From Candidatus Uhrbacteria bacterium (GTDB lineage: Bacteria > Patescibacteriota > Patescibacteriia > JACQRZ01): a stretch of DNA of 36,110 bases. The position numbers and the translations under genes are program-made. Below are positions 10,586 to 17,586 of this stretch, piece after piece; within the stretch, counting starts at the first letter, position 1; each line of letters starts with the position of its first letter. Below the pieces are notes generated by a model. It was not told where the DNA came from. It ran no database searches and was given only the letters and a program-made list of their open reading frames with translations. The stretch is taken from NCBI GenBank assembly GCA_016209345.1, contig JACQWH010000011.1:1-36110 (forward strand). The letters are read 5' to 3'.

Positions 10586-12367
10586 ATGCCATCGAATACT
10601 AGGACATGCCAAAAATGCCAGACCCGGTTTCCTATTGAGGAACGTGATCTGGCATTTTATATTTCCGTGAATGTACCGGAGCCGACGTTCTGTCCAACAT
10701 GCCGTGCGCGTCGTCGTATGGCGTGGATCAATTTTCATAGTCTTTACAACAGGAAACTCACCGATGGTGGTAAAAACGTTATCTCAATGTATTCGCCCGA
10801 TAAGCAGTTTAACGTAGTTGAGGATAGCGCGTGGTGGGGCGATACCTATGACCAAACTAGCTACGGCCGTAATTATGATTTTTCGCGTCCTTTTTTTACG
10901 CAATTCCAAGAATTGTTGCGTGTCGCGCCGCTCCCCCATCTTCATCGTGATTTTTCCCGCATGGAGAACAGCAACTATTGTAATGCGTGCACGGGGCTAA
11001 AAAACTGTTATCTCTGTATGGCTGCCGATGAAGCAGAGGACACGTACTATGGTTTTAAGATTGAAAAACTTAAAAATTGTGTTGACGTATCCTTCACCAA
11101 CAACTCGGAGCTGTGCGGAAACAGCGCTTTTCTATCGGAATGCTACAATGTTCAATTTTCAGAACACTGCGAAAACTCCAACGATCTCTCTTTTTGCAGT
11201 GATTGCAACGGGTGTACATCGTGCGTGGGATGTATCAATCTGCGAAATAAGTCGTATTGCATTTTTAATGTTCAATACGACAAGGACGAATATGAGAACC
11301 GCGTTAAGGAGATGCGGCTTGACACGTTCTCCGCTGTCTCAAAGATCGCCTCTGAAGCGCAGCAATTCTTCCGCACACAGCCACATCGCTTCATGCATGG
11401 TCGCAACAATGTTGATGTAACCGGAGATTTTATCTATAACTCTAAGAATGTTACCGACTCCTACGCCGTACAGTTTTCAGAAAATTGTCGATTCGTAAAC
11501 TCTCTCTCCGCCATAGATGAGCGGAATGCCGATGCGTACGACTGGAGTCAATTTGGCATTGGTTCGGAGCGTATCTATGAGTGCTCCTGGTGCGGATTGC
11601 GATGCAATACCGTGCTCTTTTCTTTTTGGAACTACTATGCGCACAATCTCACCTACTGCTTTGGGTGTCATTCATCAGACAATCTCTTTGGGTGTATTGG
11701 CTTAAGAAAAAAGCGCTACTGCATTCTCAATAAGCAATATTCAAAGGAAGATTATGAGGAGCTTGTTGAAAACATTCGCAAACAGATGGCGGATGTTCCC
11801 TATACGAGTACCGACGGGACAATCTACCGCTATGGCGAGTTCTTTCCGTCGGAACTTTCGCCGTTTTGCTACAACGAGACCGAAGCGTATGATCATCTTC
11901 CCCTCACCAAAGACAGCGCGGTAGCGAAGGGATTCAGCTGGTACGATGCACCGCAGCGACAGCCCATTGCGGGAGCCGTTTCTTCAAAGGATATCCCTGA
12001 CTCTATTGATGCTCTCACGGCAGGTTGTGCATCCTCGACATTTATTTGTTCATCGTATACCGATGATGGTGAAGACGCAATTATGCGTGGATGTACGAGA
12101 TACTATCGATGCATCCCCCAAGAAATCTCATGGTATCGGAAGAAACATATTCCGCTTCCGCGGTCATGTCCGCAATGCCGGTATCGCGAGCGACTCAAAC
12201 ACCAACCGCTTTTTCGTTCGTATGACCGCGCGTGCATGTGCCATGAGCAGACGGGGCACGATTGGCATCAGGGTGTGATATGCGAAAAACAATGCGTGAC
12301 ATCATATGCTCCTGACCGAGTAGAACCCATCTATTGCGAAAAATGCTATTCAGCGGTAGTGTATTAA
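10586..12367 (+). CDS. Cys-rich multi-zinc-ribbon protein of unknown function, paralog 1
   Basis: 593-aa ORF with about 39 Cys by my count. N-terminal CQKC-x3-F-x-I-x3-D-x2-FY...PEPTFCPTCRARRR. The C-terminus repeats the same module (YRCIPQEISWYRKKHIPLPRSCPQCRYRER...CEKC). The central Cys ladder is present twice (CxGC..L[RK].K.YCI.N.QY.K[DE][DE]YE). The stop is 3 nt before the gatB ATG. Confidence 0.7.
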   Translation: MPSNTRTCQKCQTRFPIEERDLAFYISVNVPEPTFCPTCRARRRMAWINFHSLYNRKLTDGGKNVISMYSPDKQFNVVEDSAWWGDTYDQTSYGRNYDFSRPFFTQFQELLRVAPLPHLHRDFSRMENSNYCNACTGLKNCYLCMAADEAEDTYYGFKIEKLKNCVDVSFTNNSELCGNSAFLSECYNVQFSEHCENSNDLSFCSDCNGCTSCVGCINLRNKSYCIFNVQYDKDEYENRVKEMRLDTFSAVSKIASEAQQFFRTQPHRFMHGRNNVDVTGDFIYNSKNVTDSYAVQFSENCRFVNSLSAIDERNADAYDWSQFGIGSERIYECSWCGLRCNTVLFSFWNYYAHNLTYCFGCHSSDNLFGCIGLRKKRYCILNKQYSKEDYEELVENIRKQMADVPYTSTDGTIYRYGEFFPSELSPFCYNETEAYDHLPLTKDSAVAKGFSWYDAPQRQPIAGAVSSKDIPDSIDALTAGCASSTFICSSYTDDGEDAIMRGCTRYYRCIPQEISWYRKKHIPLPRSCPQCRYRERLKHQPLFRSYDRACMCHEQTGHDWHQGVICEKQCVTSYAPDRVEPIYCEKCYSAVVY

Positions 12368-12370
12368 CAT

Positions 12371-13879
12371 ATGTTCACCTATACCATCGGACTGGAAATC
12401 CATGTCCAACTGAAAACAAAGTCAAAAATGTTTTGTCGCTGTTCAAACGATGGTGAAAATCAACCGGCGAACACGACAATCTGCCCTGTGTGCATGGGGC
12501 ATCCAGGCACGCTGCCGGTCATAAACGAACAGGCAATCCGTTGGGGCGTAAAAACGGCACTAGCGTTGAACTGCACGATAAACGAAATCAGCAAGTTTGA
12601 CCGTAAAAACTATTTTTACCCTGACCTTCCCAAGGGGTATCAAATATCCCAATACGACAAACCAATCGGCATAATGGGGCACGTTGACATCACCATACCC
12701 GACGGAGGGATGCGAACAACCGCCCGGATTGGCATCACGCGCCTGCACATGGAGGAAGATGCGGCAAAGCTGCTCCATGCACCCGAGGCAGGTGCCTCAT
12801 TGGTTGATTTTAATCGTTCTTCCACTCCGCTGATGGAAATTGTCACGGAGCCGGATTTTGTTTCTCCGGCCGAGGCGAAAGTATTTTTGCAAGACCTGCG
12901 CCTGCTCACGCGTTACTTGGACGTATCTCACGCGGATATGGAAAAGGGGCATCTGCGCTGCGATGCGAATGTTTCCATCAATGTGACGAGCGATGACGGC
13001 ATTACCACGCAGTCCCCCATTTCCGAAATTAAAAATCTTAATTCCTTCCGTGCCGTTGAACGTGCCCTTGAATACGAAGGAAATCGTCTCTGGGAAGAGT
13101 GGCAAGGTGGCGGTGATGTTCGCACACGGAACTATAAAATTACTGTCGGATGGGACGACGATAAGCAGGAAACAGTGCTCCAGCGCTGGAAGGAAGAGGC
13201 GCACGACTACCGCTATTTTCCCGAACCGGACATTCCACCGCTCCATTTCACGCATGAGTATATCACAACCGTTAAGTCGGAGATTCCCGAGCTGCCGAAT
13301 CAAAAAAAAGAACGATTCTGCCGTGATTTCGGCATCACGCCTGAGGATGCTCGTATTCTTGTTGAGGATAAAGAGCTCGCGGCATTCTTTGAAAATACCG
13401 CATCGGAACTCGATGCGTGGCTGTGCAGTATGGATTCCTGCGACGACGCGTTCAAGACGCGCACATACAAGTTGCTTGCGGGGTGGGTCATCAATAAACT
13501 GGGCGGACTTCTTGCCGTCACGGAGACACGGATTGAGCAGTGCACTGTTTCTCCGGCAGATATGGCAAAACTAATCGCGCTTATTGCAGAAGAGCAAGTA
13601 AATAGCACTACGGCCCAAAAAGTGCTGGAGGCAATGATCCAAAACGGCATCGATCCACTGACGATGATCCAAGAGCAGGGACTCGAACAAATTCAGGACA
13701 CCGGCCTTATCGCATCGGCCTGTCAAAAAGCTGTCGAGGCGAATCCTGATGCTGCCGCTAATTTCAAAAACGGCAAAGAAAATGCGATTATGTTTCTTGT
13801 CGGTCAGGTGATGAGGGAGCTCAAAGGAAAAGGTCAGCCGGAACTTGTTAAAGACGAATTAAAAAAATTACTCGGATAG
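12371..13879 (+). CDS. gatB: Asp-tRNA(Asn)/Glu-tRNA(Gln) amidotransferase subunit B
   Basis: IGLEIHVQLKTKSKMFCRC...CPVCMGHPGTLP, QISQYDKPI, RLHMEEDAAKL, MEKGHLRCDANVS, and a C-terminal YqeY-like tail (FLVGQVMRELKGKGQPELV). No gatA or gatC adjacent. Confidence 0.93.
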   Translation: MFTYTIGLEIHVQLKTKSKMFCRCSNDGENQPANTTICPVCMGHPGTLPVINEQAIRWGVKTALALNCTINEISKFDRKNYFYPDLPKGYQISQYDKPIGIMGHVDITIPDGGMRTTARIGITRLHMEEDAAKLLHAPEAGASLVDFNRSSTPLMEIVTEPDFVSPAEAKVFLQDLRLLTRYLDVSHADMEKGHLRCDANVSINVTSDDGITTQSPISEIKNLNSFRAVERALEYEGNRLWEEWQGGGDVRTRNYKITVGWDDDKQETVLQRWKEEAHDYRYFPEPDIPPLHFTHEYITTVKSEIPELPNQKKERFCRDFGITPEDARILVEDKELAAFFENTASELDAWLCSMDSCDDAFKTRTYKLLAGWVINKLGGLLAVTETRIEQCTVSPADMAKLIALIAEEQVNSTTAQKVLEAMIQNGIDPLTMIQEQGLEQIQDTGLIASACQKAVEANPDAAANFKNGKENAIMFLVGQVMRELKGKGQPELVKDELKKLLG

Positions 13880-13902
13880 GGTCTTGTCCCACTATCCCAT
13901 CC

Positions 13903-13931
13903 TTGTCATCCCGCCGAAGGGCGGGAACCAG
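13903..13931 (+). repeat. hairpin repeat copy R5 (TTGTCATCCCGCCGAAGGGCGGGAACCAG)
   Basis: It matches the reverse complement of copy R9 (17425-17453) at 29/29 positions. The stem is ATCCCGCC/GGCGGGAa with loop GAAG. It lies between gatB and the second Cys-rich gene. Confidence 0.9.
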
Positions 13932-13939
13932 ACAAAAAT

Positions 13940-15604
13940 ATGGATTCAAAAACAAAACAGTGCACCGCGTGCAATGCACATTATCAAATTGAACCGGAGG
14001 ATCTTGAGTTTTACCAAAAAATGAACGTTCCCGTACCGCGGTTGTGTCCCGACTGCCGTTTTAAGCGGAGAGCGCAGTTTCGCAATGAACGAATATTATA
14101 CAGCAGAACGTGCGACAAATGCCATAAAAACATTATTTCTGTCTACCATGAGGAATCGCCCTACACGGTGTACTGCCTTGAGTGTTTTGATGCAGACGAT
14201 TGGGATGCTTTCCAATATGGCGCTCGGTATGACGCCAGTAGACCCTTCTTTGAACAAATGGATGAGCTATTGAAAAGGGTTCCAAAAAAAGCCCTCCTTA
14301 TTACTGGCGGCGACAATAACGTGAATAGTGACTATACAAACGTGGCTGCAAATAATAAGAATTGCTATCTGCTCTTTAATACTGCTTACTGCGAAGATTC
14401 GATGTATTCGCGCGGGATCAAGGGGTGTCGCGATACGGTTGACGCCTATTTCGGTATTGAAATGGAGCGTTGCTATGAGGCAGTGAATGTTCACAAATCA
14501 TCGGGGGTCATATTCGGACACAATGTAACAAACTGCGTAGATTCATGGTTCCTCCTCTCGTGCACTGACTGCATAAACTGTTTTGGCTGTGTCAACCTCC
14601 GCCATAAGAGCTACCATTGGTTTAATGAAGAACTTTCAAAAGATGACTATGAGAAGCGGCTTACTCACGTAAAGGGAAGCTATCAACGGATGAATGAGAT
14701 GCGCAAGAAATTTGAAGCGTTCGCACTCCAATTTCCTCATCGGGAAAACAACAACATGAAATCAGAGGACTGCACCGGCGACTATCTCTTCTCATCAACG
14801 GCCTTGCGTGATTGCTATGAGATTACCGAAGGAGAAAACTGCAAATACATGTTCGCGTCCAAGAATATCAAGGACTCGTATGATACGCTTGGCTATGGCT
14901 ATGGAAGCGAACTGCTCCTTGACTGCGCGGCAACAGGGTATGCCAATCGTGTCATCGGCTCGTATTGGGTTGAGAATGGCCATGATTGCGAGTATTGCTT
15001 TTTTACGCTCTCGTCGGAATATTGTTTCGGTTGTGATGGATTAAAGAAAGGGAAATTCTGCATCCTGAACAAACAGTATAGCGAGGAAGAATATCACGCA
15101 ATTCGAAAAACAATTAGTGAGGAGCTTACGCGTGATGGTGAGTACGGATTATTTTTTCCTCCTCATATTGCACCATTTGCCTATAATGAAACAGTCGCGC
15201 AGGACTATATGCCTCTTGCAAAAGACGAGGCGCTTGCACAAGGGTTTCGCTGGCAAGAAAAGCTGCCAATGACAACAGGTGCCGAAACGCTTGCTCCCGA
15301 ATCTATCCCCGACCACATCATGCAGGTGACAAGCTCTATCACAAAGGATATCCTTGCGTGTCTTGACTGCAAGCGAAATTATAAAATTACGCCCAAGGAA
15401 TTTGCATTTTATCAAAAAATGTCGCTTCCCGTTCCTCGGCAATGCTTTAGCTGTCGGCATGTGGACAGAATCAAACGCCGTGGTCCAATGAAACTTTTTG
15501 ATCGTTCATGCGCAAAGTGTTCTAAAGATATTCGCACGACATTCGCGCCACCCCGCACGGAGATCGTGTATTGTGTTGAGTGCTATCAAACGGAAGTAAT
15601 ATAA
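13940..15604 (+). CDS. Cys-rich multi-zinc-ribbon protein of unknown function, paralog 2
   Basis: 554-aa ORF with about 34 Cys. The N-terminal module CTACNAHYQIEPEDLEFYQKMNVPVPRLCPDCRFKRRAQFRNERILYSRTCDKCHKNIISVY...VYCLECF is repeated at the C-terminus (CLDCKRNYKITPKEFAFYQKMSLPVPRQCFSCRHVDRIKRRGPMKLFDRSCAKCSKDI...VYCVECY). It is colinear with paralog 1. Confidence 0.7.
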   Translation: MDSKTKQCTACNAHYQIEPEDLEFYQKMNVPVPRLCPDCRFKRRAQFRNERILYSRTCDKCHKNIISVYHEESPYTVYCLECFDADDWDAFQYGARYDASRPFFEQMDELLKRVPKKALLITGGDNNVNSDYTNVAANNKNCYLLFNTAYCEDSMYSRGIKGCRDTVDAYFGIEMERCYEAVNVHKSSGVIFGHNVTNCVDSWFLLSCTDCINCFGCVNLRHKSYHWFNEELSKDDYEKRLTHVKGSYQRMNEMRKKFEAFALQFPHRENNNMKSEDCTGDYLFSSTALRDCYEITEGENCKYMFASKNIKDSYDTLGYGYGSELLLDCAATGYANRVIGSYWVENGHDCEYCFFTLSSEYCFGCDGLKKGKFCILNKQYSEEEYHAIRKTISEELTRDGEYGLFFPPHIAPFAYNETVAQDYMPLAKDEALAQGFRWQEKLPMTTGAETLAPESIPDHIMQVTSSITKDILACLDCKRNYKITPKEFAFYQKMSLPVPRQCFSCRHVDRIKRRGPMKLFDRSCAKCSKDIRTTFAPPRTEIVYCVECYQTEVI

Positions 15605-15613
15605 ATACGGCAT

Positions 15614-15904
15614 ATGCCAGCCGAACCATCACGACCAGATAAATCAATTTTTGACCATCCTGAGATCCCGGAACTAAATTCTATTGAAAAAATTATGTAT
15701 ATAGCAGAAATGCTTTCTATGCGCGGTGTTCATTGGGATAGCGGTATATGGAAAGTACCCATGGATATAACAAACCTTTCAAAAATTGGCCCATGGCTTA
15801 CAGTGTGTCAGCGGGAGGGTTTAAAAATTGTAGATATTACAAAAGATATGGATCCAGTAAGTGCAACTCCTTGGATGTATTTCAAGCGTGAAGATGCATT
15901 CTAG
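15614..15904 (+). CDS. hypothetical small protein
   Basis: 96-aa ORF starting 9 nt after the paralog 2 stop. It is visibly more AT-rich than its neighbours, and its last 23 nt overlap the convergent 3' end of miaA. No family recognised. Confidence 0.35.
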   Translation: MPAEPSRPDKSIFDHPEIPELNSIEKIMYIAEMLSMRGVHWDSGIWKVPMDITNLSKIGPWLTVCQREGLKIVDITKDMDPVSATPWMYFKREDAF

Positions 15905-16943
15905 CCATCATGAATTTTTTTATATTTCTAACTCCCTGAGAATATGACGTTACGTATGTAATGTCATTTTGCTTTCGATACCAGGTGAGTTGGCGGCGTG
16001 CATAGTGATGAATGGCAAATTTCAAACGTTCGATCATTTCTTTTCTTGATCCCCCGGCAGAGCCGGGCAAGCTGGCCATCTTGCCTGCCGCAGGCAGGGG
16101 TCGGGATGACAAGGAATCCAGATATTCGCTGATGAATCGGCTTTCAAGCCCCAGTCCTTGGAGCCATTTTTTTGATACACCATTTTTACGCAGTCGCTCC
16201 ACCTCACGAATCATTCCTTTTTTAATTCGCTCGTCCACTCGTTTGTCAATACGTTTGTAAAGTGTCGCTCGCGGTACATCAATGCAGAGTTGAAGGCAAT
16301 CATAGCGCTTTGTCATTCCGATCCCCTCCTTGTCATCCCGACCGGAGTGGAGGGATCTACCAGTTTGTAAATACCATTCTGACGGCTTCCTTTTTGTCGC
16401 ACGGTAAATTTCCAGCGCGCGCATAACACGCCTCTTATTATCGCGATCGTTCCAGTCGCGCATATTTGTATCAGCTTGATACAATTGTTTTTGGAGCACG
16501 GCCAGTGATTTTTTTTCTAGCCTATTTCTGTATTCATGATCCGGTGGAACACTTGGAATATCATAATCATAGAGAACAGCGCGCACATAGAGCTGTGTGC
16601 CCCCAACAAGAAATGGCACTTTCCCCCTGCTCCAAATGTCCTGAATCGCACGATCTGCACATGTTCTATAATCAGCCAGCGTGAACGGCTGGACACCGCC
16701 CTTCCACCGCTTTGGCGGCGTGACAATATCAAGGCAATGATGCCGAACAATGTTCTGCTCTTTCTTTGTTATTTTTCCGGTACAGAGGTTAAGCTCTTTG
16801 TAGATCTGTCGTGAATCGGCCGAGACAATTTCACCGTTAAACTTTTTTGCAAGCTTAATGGCCATGTCTGACTTTCCCGACGACGTCGGCCCGATGATGG
16901 CAATTACCTGGTTATCGTGTGACTTGACATTATTTTCAGCCAT
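15882..16943 (-). CDS. miaA: tRNA dimethylallyltransferase (i6A37), carrying two in-frame repeat-derived insertions
   Basis: P-loop IIGPTSSGKS, SADSRQIYKELNLCTGK, LVGGTQLY, RALEIY and YARRQLTW are all MiaA hallmarks. It is longer than E. coli MiaA at two places that coincide with repeat copies R6 and R7. Confidence 0.88.
   Translation of the reverse strand: MAENNVKSHDNQVIAIIGPTSSGKSDMAIKLAKKFNGEIVSADSRQIYKELNLCTGKITKKEQNIVRHHCLDIVTPPKRWKGGVQPFTLADYRTCADRAIQDIWSRGKVPFLVGGTQLYVRAVLYDYDIPSVPPDHEYRNRLEKKSLAVLQKQLYQADTNMRDWNDRDNKRRVMRALEIYRATKRKPSEWYLQTGRSLHSGRDDKEGIGMTKRYDCLQLCIDVPRATLYKRIDKRVDERIKKGMIREVERLRKNGVSKKWLQGLGLESRFISEYLDSLSSRPLPAAGKMASLPGSAGGSRKEMIERLKFAIHHYARRQLTWYRKQNDITYVTSYSQGVRNIKKFMMARMHLHA
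16084..16121 (-). repeat. hairpin repeat copy R6, inside the miaA coding frame
   Basis: The minus strand reads CTGGATTCCTTGTCATCCCGACCCCTGCCTGCGGCAGG (GTCATCCCG head + CCTGCC/GGCAGG hairpin). It is translated as LDSLSSRPLPAAG in miaA. Confidence 0.8.
16311..16362 (+). repeat. hairpin repeat copy R7 (compound), inside the miaA coding frame on the opposite strand
   Basis: TGTCATTCCGATCCCCTCCTTGTCATCCCGACCGGAGTGGAGGGATCTACCAG has two GTCAT[TC]CCGA heads and a GATCCC(C)TCC/GGAGGGATC stem. Its reverse complement is translated as TGRSLHSGRDDKEGIGMT in miaA. Confidence 0.8.
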
Positions 16944-17093
16944 AGTAATATGATAGTAAAGACTTTCGGCCTGTGGTTTATACTACCACGCGTAGCGGAA
17001 GGTCTTCTATAATGAACTCTCTGCACGAGGGTTTATTTAATTATTATCGAAATACTCTAAAGATACGACGCGCTGTGATCCTGCCATCTCCAC

Positions 17094-17122
17094 TTGTCAT
17101 CCCGCCGAAGGGCGGGATCCAG
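17094..17122 (+). repeat. hairpin repeat copy R8, the left terminal inverted repeat flanking the GIY-YIG gene
   Basis: TTGTCATCCCGCCGAAGGGCGGGATCCAG, ending 3 nt from the GIY-YIG stop codon (17126-17128). Confidence 0.9.
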
Positions 17123-17125
17123 TCC

Positions 17126-17416
17126 CTAAATTAAATCCTCATACAAATCCCTCCACTCTGGGTTCTGTTCCTCAATAATTCGAAGTTTCCATATCCGGTT
17201 CCATTCTTTTAGAGCCTTCTCTCGAGCGATTGCATCCTTGACGTCCTGGTATTCCTCGTAATATACAAGAAGTTTCACGTGATATTTCTGTGTAAATCCA
17301 GATATCAGCCCCTCTTTATGCTCCCATACTCGTCGCGCCAGATCATTCGTGACACCAATATAGAGCGTACCATTACGTTTGCTTGCGACGATATAGACAA
17401 AATAGGAATTCATCAT
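17126..17416 (-). CDS. GIY-YIG nuclease family protein (UPF0213/COG2827-like, stand-alone URI domain)
   Basis: 96 aa. YFVYIVASKRNGTLYIGVTNDLARRVWEHK...REKALKEW matches GIY-(x10)-YIG, the conserved R and H/E, and the C-terminal E..(I/L)K.W motif of the small bacterial GIY-YIG family. Confidence 0.85.
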   Translation of the reverse strand: MMNSYFVYIVASKRNGTLYIGVTNDLARRVWEHKEGLISGFTQKYHVKLLVYYEEYQDVKDAIAREKALKEWNRIWKLRIIEEQNPEWRDLYEDLI

Positions 17417-17424
17417 TTTTTGGC

Positions 17425-17453
17425 CTGGTTCCCGCCCTTCGGCGGGATGACAA
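17425..17453 (-). repeat. hairpin repeat copy R9, the right terminal inverted repeat flanking the GIY-YIG gene
   Basis: CTGGTTCCCGCCCTTCGGCGGGATGACAA. Its reverse complement matches R8 at 28/29 and R5 at 29/29. It begins 8 nt upstream of the GIY-YIG ATG. Confidence 0.9.
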
Positions 17454-17518
17454 GAGTGAATGGTGGAAATGACGCAGACTGTGCGCTCGGGATGACAAGA
17501 ATGAACGGTGGAAATGAC
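17444..17518 (+). repeat. two 30-nt direct repeats (45-nt period) extending from the R9 end
   Basis: GGGATGACAAGAGTGAATGGTGGAAATGAC (17444-17473) and GGGATGACAAGAATGAACGGTGGAAATGAC (17489-17518) match at 28/30. Confidence 0.8.
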
Positions 17519-17586
17519 AAAGGATGAAAATTAATCAGGAACAAGCTGGCGTAATATTGATATCCGCATCCTCAACCACGCAACCA

